DNA from: Escherichia phage ECML-117
Strand: one strand, 5' to 3'
Sequence record: JX128258
Length of the DNA stretch: 64,000 bases
Below are positions 16,568 to 26,997 of the stretch, one piece after another; the stretch's first letter is position 1, and each line of letters starts with the position of its first letter. The position numbers and the translations under genes were made by a program. The notes beneath the pieces were generated by a model. The model did not search any database. It was not told the DNA's origin and saw only the letters and a program-made list of their open reading frames with translations.

Positions 16568-18943
16568 ATGAAAATTCTTGGCATAAAACTCTGGGAGAAG
16601 ACGCAACCAGAAGCCGAACCAGCGGAGATGCCGCCAGGCGACCCATTGGCACCGTTTGAACGCCTTGAAAGGCGCGGCAGCGGTCAACGCTGGGAAAAGA
16701 CTGAAAGCAATCGACCTACCTTTAAGACGGTTGATGACTTCCCTTTGTATGAGCCTGATATTAATGGCGACGGTGTTGCTATCATAAAAGGTCGTTCAGT
16801 CGATTCCGCAACAGTATCCAAAAAAGTTATGGATAATGCCTTGAAGAACATCAGTTCAGAAGGGCAGGTCAACCCATACACAGTACCTATTCAACTTCAA
16901 AACTGGTATTTGTCACAGTCATTCATCGGCTATCAAGCTTGCGCAATCATCGCGCAGCACTGGCTGGTGAACAAAGCGTGTTCCATGGTAGGCCGCGATG
17001 CAGTCCGTAAAGGCTGGGAAGTCAAATCCAGTTCTGAGTCCGAATTATCAGTGCAGGCCAGCGAACGCCTAAAGCAAATTGATAAAGAATTTAATATCAA
17101 AGAGCACTTAGTTGAAGCCGAACGATTCAAAAATATTTTTGGTATCCGCGTCATCATATTTGATGTGCGTAGCGATGACCCAGAATACTACAGTAAACCT
17201 TTTAACATTGATGGTGTGACAAAGGGGTCTTATAAGGGAATCATTCAGGTTGACCCTTATTGGATGATGCCGTTTCTGACGTCTGAAAACACAGCAGACC
17301 CTGCATCACAGCACTTCTATGACCCAGAATATTGGGTAATCAGCGGACAACGTTATCATCGCAGCCACCTCATAATCTTGCGCAACGATGAGCCAGCTGA
17401 TATTCTCAAGCCGACTTATATTTACGGCGGCATTCCTCTGACTCAGCAGATTTATGAACGCATCTATGCCGCTGAACGTACCGCCAACGAAGCGCCATTG
17501 CTGGCGATGTCCAAGCGTACAACGACGCTGCGGACCGACGTTGACAAGGCTATTGCCAATGAGCGGTCTTTTGCAGAACGTCTGATGATGTGGATCAAGT
17601 ACCGCGACAACTATGCAGTCAAAGTGCTTGGCCAAAAAGAAGAGATGGACCAGTTTGACATCAACTTGTCAGACTTCGACAGCATCATCATGAACCAGTA
17701 CCAGCTTGTGGCCGCAATCGCAAAAGTTCCGTCGACCAAACTGCTTGGGACTTCGCCAAAAGGCTTTAACGCCACTGGTGAATTCGAGATGGTCAGCTAT
17801 CACGAAGAGTTGGAAACGTGCCAGCAGCATGACCTGACAAAAATTCTCGACCGCCATTACAAAATCCTTCTCAAATCAGAAGGGGTGGATGTCGATGTTA
17901 AGGTTGCATGGGAACCAGTTGGCTCACTTACTGCTACTCAACTTGCAGAAATCAATGATAAGCGAGCCAACACTGGCAAAACTCTTATTGATGCTGGCGT
18001 CATTTCTCCTGATGAAGAGCGCGACCGCATCAAAGACGACAAAAACAGCGGCTACAACCGTCTGCCGGAAGACGCAGCAGAAGAAACCCCAGGGATGTCT
18101 CCAGAGAATATGGCATTGCTTGGCAAGTCTGCTGGTGAAGTCCTGCAAGGTAAGGCCGATATTGAACAGGCGAAGGCTGATGTCGTTAAGATGGGCGGCC
18201 AGTTCTATAGCGAAACAGGTATTATGCCAGAGGGTGCCGCGCGTGGTGAGTTGGCGGAAAACCCTGACAAAGCGCCTGTCGAAATCAACATGGACGACAC
18301 CGATGATGAATCAAGCCATCAGGTTGATGTCCTAACGCAGTTGAAAGAAGGGCTGGAGGGCATTGCGGATTACTACCTGAAAGAAGGTCAGGATGTGGAT
18401 TTTGACCCTCAAAAAGATTCACGGTCGGTGCAACCGTCTACCCTTCCAAGCGTTAAAGGACACGTCGTCAACTTACGCCACAACGTGGGTAAAATGGACG
18501 CAGCATCATTACCTAAGATGAAGTTGCACGGAATGATTCTTGGCATTGAGAATCCGCGAAACAGCATTCGTAGAGGAAACAGCCTTGACGGTGAATGGGC
18601 CGTGAAGATGCCGCACCACTACGGATTCATCAAGGGCACCAAGGGCGCAGACGGTGATGAAGTCGACTGCTTTGTGGGTCCAAATCTGAAGTCGCCGAAA
18701 GTCTTTATCGTGAACCAAAACGATAACTACTCTGGCGAGTTTGATGAACACAAGTGTATGCTTGGATTCGATTCAGCAGAAGAAGCGAAAGAAGCTTATC
18801 AAGCATCATTTGGTAACGGTTGGAACGGATTCGACTCAATCCACGAATTAGATGTGAACTCATTCAAGGAGTGGTTGAAGGGTGATTGCTCTCAAGCATA
18901 CGGAGCACTCAATAATCCTACTAATTCACCGAAGCAAGGTTGA
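16568..18943 (+). CDS. portal protein with long C-terminal extension
   Basis: In frame with track ORF 16535..18943; ATG at 16568 after AGGTGG; about 790 aa; sits between terminase and head-morphogenesis genes. Confidence 0.7.
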   Translation: MKILGIKLWEKTQPEAEPAEMPPGDPLAPFERLERRGSGQRWEKTESNRPTFKTVDDFPLYEPDINGDGVAIIKGRSVDSATVSKKVMDNALKNISSEGQVNPYTVPIQLQNWYLSQSFIGYQACAIIAQHWLVNKACSMVGRDAVRKGWEVKSSSESELSVQASERLKQIDKEFNIKEHLVEAERFKNIFGIRVIIFDVRSDDPEYYSKPFNIDGVTKGSYKGIIQVDPYWMMPFLTSENTADPASQHFYDPEYWVISGQRYHRSHLIILRNDEPADILKPTYIYGGIPLTQQIYERIYAAERTANEAPLLAMSKRTTTLRTDVDKAIANERSFAERLMMWIKYRDNYAVKVLGQKEEMDQFDINLSDFDSIIMNQYQLVAAIAKVPSTKLLGTSPKGFNATGEFEMVSYHEELETCQQHDLTKILDRHYKILLKSEGVDVDVKVAWEPVGSLTATQLAEINDKRANTGKTLIDAGVISPDEERDRIKDDKNSGYNRLPEDAAEETPGMSPENMALLGKSAGEVLQGKADIEQAKADVVKMGGQFYSETGIMPEGAARGELAENPDKAPVEINMDDTDDESSHQVDVLTQLKEGLEGIADYYLKEGQDVDFDPQKDSRSVQPSTLPSVKGHVVNLRHNVGKMDAASLPKMKLHGMILGIENPRNSIRRGNSLDGEWAVKMPHHYGFIKGTKGADGDEVDCFVGPNLKSPKVFIVNQNDNYSGEFDEHKCMLGFDSAEEAKEAYQASFGNGWNGFDSIHELDVNSFKEWLKGDCSQAYGALNNPTNSPKQG

Positions 18944-18944
18944 T

Positions 18945-19796
18945 ATGGCTTTTAAAGCTTCGAAAAAACGTGAACGCCGCTCACCCGATAGAATTGGGCG
19001 CGGCAGTCCGATAATCCCATCAAACGCTATTGCGATGGCCTACCGTCGTGAGATGAAAGGTCTTTGCTATGCGATGATTGATGACTATCAGGCAGGAATT
19101 TCAGAGTGGCTTGAAAAGAAGCAGGTGCAGAAGTTCTTTGCGCAAGACTCTGCTGATTCAACATTCCAAACTCTTATGAAACGTCTGCAGCTGAAATGGG
19201 CAAAGGCGTTTGCTCGTGTTGGGTCGAAGATTGCCGCTGATTTTATCAAATCGGTTGAAAAGGGTGCTACTTCTGCTACATTCGCCAGCCTTAAGTCCGC
19301 AGGCATAGAAGCGCCAAAGGCCACATATAACAAATTCGTTGAGAACACTCTTAGAACAAGCGAGACGTTTAACACGACTCTAGTGACTAAGGTCGGCGAG
19401 GATATTCACAACAGAGTGTACGAAGCAGTCATGCTTTCGCTGACTTCGCCCGACCCAGCCCAGCAAGGCACGTCAGGCATTCAGGCGGCGTTGCGAAACG
19501 TAAAACACTTCTCTGCAAAGAGAGTCGACTTAATCGCTAAAGACCAGACAAGCAAATTGTATTGCGTTCTAAGCGATGAAAGGATGCGCCAGAATGGAGT
19601 CGAAGAATTTGAGTGGGCGCACTCAGGAGCAGGAAAGGAGCCGCGAATCTCTCATGAACACGTCGACGGAATGAGATTCAAACTTGATGACAAGCGCCTA
19701 TGGGAAGTTGGCGGCGAATTGAAGTTCAAAAAGGGTGACATCGGTCCTCCTGGATGGGCAATACACTGCAAGTGCAGAAAAATACCAATCATTTGA
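18945..19796 (+). CDS. head morphogenesis protein (minor capsid, Mu F/SPP1 gp7-like)
   Basis: In frame with track ORF 18882..19796; position immediately after portal; basic N-terminus. Confidence 0.5.
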   Translation: MAFKASKKRERRSPDRIGRGSPIIPSNAIAMAYRREMKGLCYAMIDDYQAGISEWLEKKQVQKFFAQDSADSTFQTLMKRLQLKWAKAFARVGSKIAADFIKSVEKGATSATFASLKSAGIEAPKATYNKFVENTLRTSETFNTTLVTKVGEDIHNRVYEAVMLSLTSPDPAQQGTSGIQAALRNVKHFSAKRVDLIAKDQTSKLYCVLSDERMRQNGVEEFEWAHSGAGKEPRISHEHVDGMRFKLDDKRLWEVGGELKFKKGDIGPPGWAIHCKCRKIPII

Positions 19797-19803
19797 GGTC
19801 ATT

Positions 19804-20724
19804 ATGACGATACCAATCAGCACGTTTCCTCTATCTGGACAAACGCCAGTATTGCCTGCTGTATATGCTAACGGCTTGGCGATTGTTTCAGAATTTACAT
19901 CTGATAAAAACCTGATTGTTCCATTGAGTCCGCCATTGGCGTCTGGTTACAACTCAGTTGGTCAATTCTTTATGATCGGTAATGATGGCGATTCTACCAG
20001 CAAGCCGAATCTGACACTTTCAGTTCCCAAAATGAACATAACAGACGTGCAGACTGGTTTAACTGCATCTACAATCACCATCGCTTTTGGAGAAGCAGTG
20101 ATTATAGGTATGGAGTCTGGAGGGTCAAAGAATGCTGTCGCCGTTAAAGTGGTAAAATCAAGCGGCAACCAATACACGTTACCAGCGGCAACGGCTTCTG
20201 TTCTCGGCGGCGTCAAGATAGGAAGTGGCATAAGTGTTGCAGGCGACGGTACAATTAGTGTTACTCAATACTCGTTACCGATTGCATCAGCATCAACCTT
20301 GGGTGGCGTAAAAGTAGGAACGACACTATCAATTGATGGTTCTGGAGTTCTCAATGCTGCTGCAAGCAATGTGCAAAACACAAGCAATAGTGTAAGCAAT
20401 CCTCCGACAACTCTGGTGAATCTGGCAACATTAAACCTGCCTGCAGGGAAATGGCTTGTGACAGCAAGTCAGTTGACTGTAGCAACAGAAGGAGTTCAAG
20501 CGAATACCGGAATTACAGTAAAATTGTCAACAAGTAATTCAGATATTACGGATGATGCATTTACGATGTCGGCTGGCATTCGGGCTGCAGGTCGTTTCGG
20601 CGGCAATATTCCAACAAAGATAATTACTCTTGCCGCGCCTGGCAACGTGTATCTAAACTATCAATGCACAGACGCATTGACATCTACCGTTTACGGACAG
20701 ATCACCGCAATTAAGTTGAACTAA
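19804..20724 (+). CDS. virion protein with fibre-like repeats
   Basis: In frame with track ORF 19735..20724; repeated LGGVKIGSGISVAGDGTISV and LGGVKVGTTLSIDGSGVLN units. Confidence 0.5.
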   Translation: MTIPISTFPLSGQTPVLPAVYANGLAIVSEFTSDKNLIVPLSPPLASGYNSVGQFFMIGNDGDSTSKPNLTLSVPKMNITDVQTGLTASTITIAFGEAVIIGMESGGSKNAVAVKVVKSSGNQYTLPAATASVLGGVKIGSGISVAGDGTISVTQYSLPIASASTLGGVKVGTTLSIDGSGVLNAAASNVQNTSNSVSNPPTTLVNLATLNLPAGKWLVTASQLTVATEGVQANTGITVKLSTSNSDITDDAFTMSAGIRAAGRFGGNIPTKIITLAAPGNVYLNYQCTDALTSTVYGQITAIKLN

Positions 20725-20734
20725 AGAGGAAGTT

Positions 20735-20872
20735 ATGCAAAAGATTATCCAGTCACGTTACGTTAAAGTGCGAAATATTAATTGCAACTCTTTGCTTTCT
20801 TGGAAATGGGCTGTTTACGACTCGATGCTGATTGGCGTTTTAGTTGCTGGAGTGCTTTTTAATATTCACTGA
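20735..20872 (+). CDS. small membrane protein (45 aa), not in ORF track
   Basis: ATG at 20735 after AAGAGGAAG; translation MQKIIQSRYVKVRNINCNSLLSWKWAVYDSMLIGVLVAGVLFNIH with one hydrophobic segment. Confidence 0.35.
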   Translation: MQKIIQSRYVKVRNINCNSLLSWKWAVYDSMLIGVLVAGVLFNIH

Positions 20873-20905
20873 ATCGCCTGGCAATGGATTGTCGCAGGAT
20901 TTTAC

Positions 20906-21180
20906 GCGTATAATGACGTATCATCCGTATCAAGTAAGTAGTTGTTTTCAAAAGAATCTTACGGATGATACGGATGATACGCGTTGCCGCGATACTTTAT
21001 AGGAATTCAAATAAATTAATTTAAAATTATATATCTAATTTAATTTTATTTTTTTATAAACTCTTATATATGAAAAGTATCCGTATCATCCGTATCATCC
21101 GTAGCACACCAGTGATAGCGCGGCTTATACACCGATACGGATAAAAAATACGCCTCATCTTATCCGTATCATCCGTATCA
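20906..21180. promoter_or_regulatory. iteron/AT-rich control element, copy B
   Basis: GCGTATAATGACGTA at 20906-20920; CTTACGGATGATACGGATGATACGCGTTGCCGC at 20958-20990; AT-rich tract 21001-21075; inverted triple ATCCGTATCATCCGTATCATCCGTA at 21079-21103; inverted double at 21162-21180. Confidence 0.55.
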
Positions 21181-21289
21181 CACTAATTAAGGCGCGGCTA
21201 TATCGGCTGTTATACATATTCAAACCATAATTATTGTTTGCCTAAGTTTTTTTCATTAGATATAATACACAATACTTATTTGAGGGTGG

Positions 21290-22708
21290 ATGCGAATGCA
21301 AACGGCACGCGAAATTGACAAAAATGGATTCTTGACGATTGTGGGTTGTCCCATTTCGTCATTTGGCATTTTTGATTATTCTGCAGGTCAGGTTGGACTT
21401 GATGGTGATCCGAATCGCATCGTAAAAGTTTATCGCCCAGAGTCAGCGGTGAAAGACCCCGAAGCGATAGATTCATTCAAAAATATCCCTTTCATCGACA
21501 ATCACGAAATGCTTTCTGGATTCGAAGGTGATGAGGATAACACAGCACCCGAAGAGTATGGCGTTGATGGCGTTCTAACTGGCAATGTTTATTATGACAA
21601 GCCATGGATGCGCGGCGACCTTAAAGTTTTTAGCCGTCGTCTGAAGAAGGCCATCGACTCTGGAAAGGTTGACTTGTCTTTGGGCTATGACTGTGAATTC
21701 ATCATACAGTCTGGAGAGTTTGACGGGCAGCCGTATGAAGTGGTACAGACAACTCTTCGCGGCAACCACATTGCTCTCGTGGACGTTGGTCGAGTACCAG
21801 GTGCACGGGTGCTGGATGGTCGTTGCTTTGACCATCTTTGTTTGACGACTGTAACACCATCCAACGAGGATTTAGACATGCCAAAACCGTTAAAAGGTAA
21901 AGCGCGTGATAATGCTGTTGAACAGCTGAAATCACTGATCCCTGCGCTCGAACAATTTCTGAATGAAGAGAGCACCGAAGCTGCTCATCAGGACGAAGTT
22001 GAAGTGAAAGCAGAAGAGAAGGATTCAACCGAAGAACGTGAAGAAGTGATGGTTGATCCAGAAGTCAAAGCAGAAGCTGAAGAGACTCCAGAAGGTGAAG
22101 AGAAGTTTGAATTTGAAACTGAATCTCACGCTGGCGGCGAGCTTCCGCAACTGATCAGCCAAATCGAAGCACTTATTGCAAAACTGAAAGGTGGCGCGGT
22201 AGGTGATGAAGAAGAAGTTGAAGCCGAAGTCAAAGACGAAGAAGTTGAAGTCAAGGCTGAAGATGTATCACCTTGCGACAAAGCTGAAGATGTGGTTAGC
22301 GGCCTGCAAAACAGCAACGTAAAGGGGGCTTCGGTCGAAAAAGATGACAAACCGACAAAAGCGGCGAAAGCGTCGCCAGGTCCAGCAAAAGGGGAACACT
22401 CAATGGCATCTGATTCAGCAGTTGCTGCTTTCTACGCTGATTCTGCTCGTAAGAATAGCCTCTACCAGCGCCTGTCTAAAGTTGTTGGTGCCTTTGATCA
22501 TGCAACTATGGACTCCAAGTCCGTAGCGAAATATGGCGCTAAAAAGTTAGGCTTGAAGTGCGTTGATGGTGCTGAGTTTGACGTGGTGGATAATTATCTG
22601 CGCGGCGTTGAACACGGTCAAAAACAGCGTGTAGTCGCAAAACAAAAGGCCGCTGCGGATTCTGCAGCAACTGACGAAGCGTTTGAAGCTTGGTTGAAAG
22701 GGGAATAA
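21290..22708 (+). CDS. prohead scaffold/protease-like protein with acidic low-complexity centre
   Basis: 472 aa; Glu/Lys/Ala-rich acidic repeats (EVEVKAEE...); lies immediately upstream of the capsid gene. Confidence 0.55.
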   Translation: MRMQTAREIDKNGFLTIVGCPISSFGIFDYSAGQVGLDGDPNRIVKVYRPESAVKDPEAIDSFKNIPFIDNHEMLSGFEGDEDNTAPEEYGVDGVLTGNVYYDKPWMRGDLKVFSRRLKKAIDSGKVDLSLGYDCEFIIQSGEFDGQPYEVVQTTLRGNHIALVDVGRVPGARVLDGRCFDHLCLTTVTPSNEDLDMPKPLKGKARDNAVEQLKSLIPALEQFLNEESTEAAHQDEVEVKAEEKDSTEEREEVMVDPEVKAEAEETPEGEEKFEFETESHAGGELPQLISQIEALIAKLKGGAVGDEEEVEAEVKDEEVEVKAEDVSPCDKAEDVVSGLQNSNVKGASVEKDDKPTKAAKASPGPAKGEHSMASDSAVAAFYADSARKNSLYQRLSKVVGAFDHATMDSKSVAKYGAKKLGLKCVDGAEFDVVDNYLRGVEHGQKQRVVAKQKAAADSAATDEAFEAWLKGE

Positions 22709-22710
22709 AC

Positions 22711-23328
22711 ATGACTTTCCAAACTAGTGTAGGCCGTCAATATACAACTGGCTTTCCTGGCGACATCGTTCGCGACGGCCCACAGCGTGGGAAGCCAGGC
22801 CGAATTGCCAACGCTAACGAAGGCGCAAACGTAAACGCCATCAGCCGTGTGTTCGGTTTTAAGACTGACGTATCCTTAATGGGTACTGGTCAAACCAAAA
22901 CTTTGGGCGCGCAGGACTTTGAAGTTGAGCTGGGCGGCACTAACTACTACGGCATCCTCGGCAATAGCAAGCGTTACGCGCTGTATGGCAACTCTACTGG
23001 TCCTTTGGGTGCCAGCATGGTTCTGCCTCAATATAGCGAAGGCGAGTTCTATGATATGTGCACGGGCCTCGTAGTTGAAGTATTCAACCCAAGCACCAGT
23101 CCGCAGACGCTTAACTATGGCGACCTGCTTGCTTATGTACCTAAAGGCATTTCCAGCGGTAACAACCCGAACAACTTGCCTATTGGTGCAATTATCGCCT
23201 ATACTGGCTCATTGCCAACTGGCATGGTTGCCATCCCAGGCGGTATTGTGATTGACCCGACGACTATTGCCCTTTCCGGCCCAAGCGTCCAGTCTTCCAC
23301 TTATACCATTGTACAATTGACTCGTTAA
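22711..23328 (+). CDS. head structural protein (205 aa)
   Basis: In frame with track ORF 22690..23328; ATG at 22711 after GGGGAA; between scaffold and capsid genes. Confidence 0.45.
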   Translation: MTFQTSVGRQYTTGFPGDIVRDGPQRGKPGRIANANEGANVNAISRVFGFKTDVSLMGTGQTKTLGAQDFEVELGGTNYYGILGNSKRYALYGNSTGPLGASMVLPQYSEGEFYDMCTGLVVEVFNPSTSPQTLNYGDLLAYVPKGISSGNNPNNLPIGAIIAYTGSLPTGMVAIPGGIVIDPTTIALSGPSVQSSTYTIVQLTR

Positions 23329-23342
23329 TAGGCAGGTGAATA

Positions 23343-24482
23343 ATGACTCGCATTAGCCAAACACACTCTCGCCTCCCAGCGAGCAAGGTGCGCCCTTTTG
23401 ATATGCAATCCGTGACCGACGCGGCTGTTTCCCAGCTTGCGCGTATCGGTATTGTGTTTGATTCCGCGATTGTGCGTGATCAGATTGAGCACTTAAACCG
23501 TGCAGGCGCTTTCCGCGTAGGTGACGCCGCATTTACTGCGCCGCAAACCACGCCATCAATCCCGACCCCGCTGCAGTTCCTGCAACAGTGGCTGCCTGGC
23601 TTCGTCAAAATCATGACCGCTGCCCGTAAAATTGACGAGCTGGTTGGTATTGACACCGTTGGTCAGTGGGAAGATGCAGAAATCGTTCAGGGCATCGTTG
23701 AACCAGCTGGCACCGCAGTTGAATATGGTGATTTCACCTCTATTCCTCTGGCAAGCTGGAACGTGAACTTTGAACGCCGTTCCATCGTTCGCGGTGAAAT
23801 GGGCATGGCAGTCGGCATGCTGGAAGAAGGCCGCGCGTCTGCGATGCGTCTGAACTCTGCAGAGACCAAGCGCCAGCAGGCTGCTGTATCTCTGGAAATC
23901 ATGCGTAACGCAATCGGCTTCTATGGTTGGTATAACGGGAACAACCGCACGTTCGGCTTCCTGAATGATCCAAACCTGCCAGCGGCAATGACTTCAAACA
24001 CCACTTCCGGCTGGGCTACTGCGACCTTCCAACAGGTGACTGCAGACATCCGTTTGATGGTTCGTCAAATCCGTGTCAACTCTCAGGACCAGATTGATCC
24101 AGAGAAGGTTGATATGACTCTGGCGCTGCCGACCAACTCTATTGATTGGCTGTCAAACACCACCGACTTCGGTATTTCTGTACGTGACTGGATCACCCAG
24201 ACTTATCCGAAGATGAAGATCAAATCTGCACCGGAACTCAACGGCGCACTTGGCAGTGACCCGACTTTCCTGAACGTGGCATATCTGTACGCTGATCACA
24301 TCGATTCCTCAATTGATGGCTCAAGCGATGATGGTTCCGTATTCAGTCAGCTGGTCCAGACTAAGTTTATGACTCTGGGCGTTGAGAAACGCGCTAAGAG
24401 CTACGTTGAAGACTACGCAAACGCAACAGCAGGCGTTCTGCTCAAGCGTCCTTTCGCAGTCGTCCGTATGACTGGTATCTAA
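23343..24482 (+). CDS. major capsid protein
   Basis: 379 aa; follows scaffold; typical size and position; followed by stem-loop ATGGGGCG-N14-CGCCCCAT at 24508-24537. Confidence 0.65.
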   Translation: MTRISQTHSRLPASKVRPFDMQSVTDAAVSQLARIGIVFDSAIVRDQIEHLNRAGAFRVGDAAFTAPQTTPSIPTPLQFLQQWLPGFVKIMTAARKIDELVGIDTVGQWEDAEIVQGIVEPAGTAVEYGDFTSIPLASWNVNFERRSIVRGEMGMAVGMLEEGRASAMRLNSAETKRQQAAVSLEIMRNAIGFYGWYNGNNRTFGFLNDPNLPAAMTSNTTSGWATATFQQVTADIRLMVRQIRVNSQDQIDPEKVDMTLALPTNSIDWLSNTTDFGISVRDWITQTYPKMKIKSAPELNGALGSDPTFLNVAYLYADHIDSSIDGSSDDGSVFSQLVQTKFMTLGVEKRAKSYVEDYANATAGVLLKRPFAVVRMTGI

Positions 24483-24597
24483 TTGCTGTGATTACACAGT
24501 AAAACACATGGGGCGTGGTCGAAAGGCTTCGCCCCATATCAATAGACCTCAAGGGCTGTAGGGGCTTATCTGAGGCTTATATAAATAGGACTACAAA

Positions 24598-25062
24598 ATG
24601 CCAAAATACATCGTTTCAACTATGTCTATGTCAGTCAACTACACTTTCTATACGGAAGTGAAAGAAAACCCGAATGCAAAAGCTGGTTCAGGCGCTCTTC
24701 CAAATATTCGCAAACAGATTCTGATCAAGGGCGGTGCTGGTCTTACTTCGGCAACTTCCGGCTTTGGTGAAATGGCAAAAGGCGCTGATGGTGCACCTTT
24801 GTGGACTCCTGAAGGAATCGTCACCGTTGTAAGCGATGCTGATTTTGAACATTTAAAAGATCATCACGTATTCAAGCAGCACCTTGAAAAAGGTCTGGTT
24901 AAAGTGGTTAACCACGACATCGTTGGCAATCATAAAGCTGTCGCTAAAGAAGTGCGCGGCATGTCAGATGACCCGTTCGCACCTATGACGCGTGAGACGG
25001 CTGACAAGCGCATCAAGGTTAAATTGAGCGGCGAACAAGAAGATGATTTGTTCCGCGTTTAA
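24598..25062 (+). CDS. head-associated protein (154 aa)
   Basis: Track ORF; AGGACTACAAA upstream; position after capsid gene. Confidence 0.45.
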   Translation: MPKYIVSTMSMSVNYTFYTEVKENPNAKAGSGALPNIRKQILIKGGAGLTSATSGFGEMAKGADGAPLWTPEGIVTVVSDADFEHLKDHHVFKQHLEKGLVKVVNHDIVGNHKAVAKEVRGMSDDPFAPMTRETADKRIKVKLSGEQEDDLFRV

Positions 25063-25067
25063 ATAAG

Positions 25068-25532
25068 GTGAATGCCATGTCATTAGATTACGAAAAGTTC
25101 AGAATAAAATTTCCACAGTTTGCTGATCAGGTAAAATTCCCTGACACAACGCTTCAAGTATTCTATGACATGGCATGTGAATTTATTGAATCACAAGACA
25201 GTCCTTGTCGTGTTTTAAATGGCAGTAAATTGGAGCTGGCATTGGAATATATGACGGCTCATCTTTTATGCATAGCCACAGACCAACAGGTGTCTGTGTC
25301 TTCTGGTGACGGAGTTGAACAAGGCGGCTTCGTGACTGGTGCAACAATCGGTGACATCACCGTGAATAAGGTAGCGCCGCCTGCAAGTGATGGTTGGGAA
25401 TACTGGCTTTCAAGCACTCCTTATGGCATGGCGCTTTGGGCGCTTCTGCAAGCACTGGCTGTCGGCGGCTTGTCGTTTGGCGGTCTTCCAGAGCGCGAAG
25501 GATTTCGTAAAATTGGTGGGGTATTCTGGTGA
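25068..25532 (+). CDS. head-tail connector/completion protein candidate (154 aa)
   Basis: Track ORF; position in module. Confidence 0.4.
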   Translation: MNAMSLDYEKFRIKFPQFADQVKFPDTTLQVFYDMACEFIESQDSPCRVLNGSKLELALEYMTAHLLCIATDQQVSVSSGDGVEQGGFVTGATIGDITVNKVAPPASDGWEYWLSSTPYGMALWALLQALAVGGLSFGGLPEREGFRKIGGVFW

Positions 25533-25915
25533 GGATTCCTGGCGTAAACTTATATCGAGTTGCGACAAAGGTCATCGGTCGCCAACCGATTCAATATTAC
25601 ATGTACAAGGGGCGTACTCTTGATAAAATGCGCAACTACGTTACCACTTATGAAGAGCCAATCACCCTGCTTGCTTCGGTGCAGGCTGTGCTTCGAAATC
25701 AATACGTCGAGCTTGGATTAGAGCTTCAAAAGAACTATGTCAAAATCTGGGTGGACAAAGACATCGTTGACCTTGACCGCGACGCTTCCGGCGACTATTT
25801 TGTGTTTGGTGGGAAAACGTATAAAATGGAAGACGAAACGACATGGTTTGACCAAGATGGTTGGACGTCTTGCCTTGCCGTGGAAGTAAAACAAAGCTTT
25901 CCAGTGTCTACTTGA
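25529..25915 (+). CDS. head-tail joining protein candidate (128 aa)
   Basis: Track ORF; overlapping start and stop with neighbours. Confidence 0.4.
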   Translation: MRIPGVNLYRVATKVIGRQPIQYYMYKGRTLDKMRNYVTTYEEPITLLASVQAVLRNQYVELGLELQKNYVKIWVDKDIVDLDRDASGDYFVFGGKTYKMEDETTWFDQDGWTSCLAVEVKQSFPVST

Positions 25916-25916
25916 G

Positions 25917-26498
25917 GTGCATATGACAGATGTCGACCTGATTGACATGCTGGCAACGCGAATTGAAGAAGGTCTGGCGGCGTATAGTCGTGCAGACCTT
26001 TCTGCTGTTCCGGTCCAGAAAAAGTATCAACCGACTCAACAGGGTATTCCGACTGGTGACCAAATTTGGTTTAACCTTTTATTCTCAGTTCCTTTTGGTT
26101 GGTCCATGAGGAAAAGTGAATTTGTCAATGATGAGTCTCAATTCGTAAACGGAAAATTCAAGGATATTGAAGATCAAATATACGCTACACGTTTTCAAAT
26201 TAGCGGCTTATTTCCAGAAGTCCCTGGCAATCCAGAAAAGCCTACTGCTAATGACGTGTTGACTTATTTGGCAAGATTCATAACTCATAAAGCTAATCTG
26301 AGAGATTGGTTCAAAAAGCACCAAGCTTCAGTATATCGAATCGACATGAATAATAATGAAAAGTTTTATGATGACATGTCGCAATTTGAATCATTCCCTT
26401 CTTTTGATTTAGTAATACTTCACAGAAACGCAATTTCAATTGATACTCCTGCAGTTGCAAGAGCTGTTAATAATGACTTGGGTGACGTTCCGGTGTAA
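25917..26498 (+). CDS. hypothetical virion protein (193 aa)
   Basis: Track ORF. Confidence 0.4.
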   Translation: MHMTDVDLIDMLATRIEEGLAAYSRADLSAVPVQKKYQPTQQGIPTGDQIWFNLLFSVPFGWSMRKSEFVNDESQFVNGKFKDIEDQIYATRFQISGLFPEVPGNPEKPTANDVLTYLARFITHKANLRDWFKKHQASVYRIDMNNNEKFYDDMSQFESFPSFDLVILHRNAISIDTPAVARAVNNDLGDVPV

Positions 26499-26499
26499 T

Positions 26500-26985
26500 A
26501 TGACAAAATCAAAAATGATAGAAAAACAGATTAAGGCACTTCAATCTATGAAGGGTCTTACTGTTGAGGCAGGATGGTTTGATTCAACAAGATACCCTTC
26601 AGAAACTGGTGGAGAAGGAATGTTGGTGTCAGAAGTCGCGCGGCTTAATGAATTTGGTCACATAGCCGTTTTGAACTTTGGGCAAGGGCCAGTCAGGGTA
26701 GAAGTTCCACCCAGACCATTCATGAGATATGCCTATGAATTATTCGTTAGTGAGCGCAGTGAAATAGAGAATAAAATTGCTAAAAAGATTTTTTCCGGTA
26801 AAATAGACGCTAGACAGGCATTAGGTCAAATTGGGCTTGCGATGGAAGCAAAGATTGTCGAATCAATTAAAAACGGACCGTGGCAACCAAACGCCAGATA
26901 TACTGTACGTGTGAAGGGATTCGACAAGCCTTTGATTCACACTAGCCTCATGTGGCAATCTGTCAGCAGCCAAGTCATTAAATAA
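26500..26985 (+). CDS. tail completion protein candidate (161 aa)
   Basis: In frame with track ORF 26440..26985; ATG at 26500. Confidence 0.4.
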   Translation: MTKSKMIEKQIKALQSMKGLTVEAGWFDSTRYPSETGGEGMLVSEVARLNEFGHIAVLNFGQGPVRVEVPPRPFMRYAYELFVSERSEIENKIAKKIFSGKIDARQALGQIGLAMEAKIVESIKNGPWQPNARYTVRVKGFDKPLIHTSLMWQSVSSQVIK

Positions 26986-26997
26986 GAGGACACCGAC

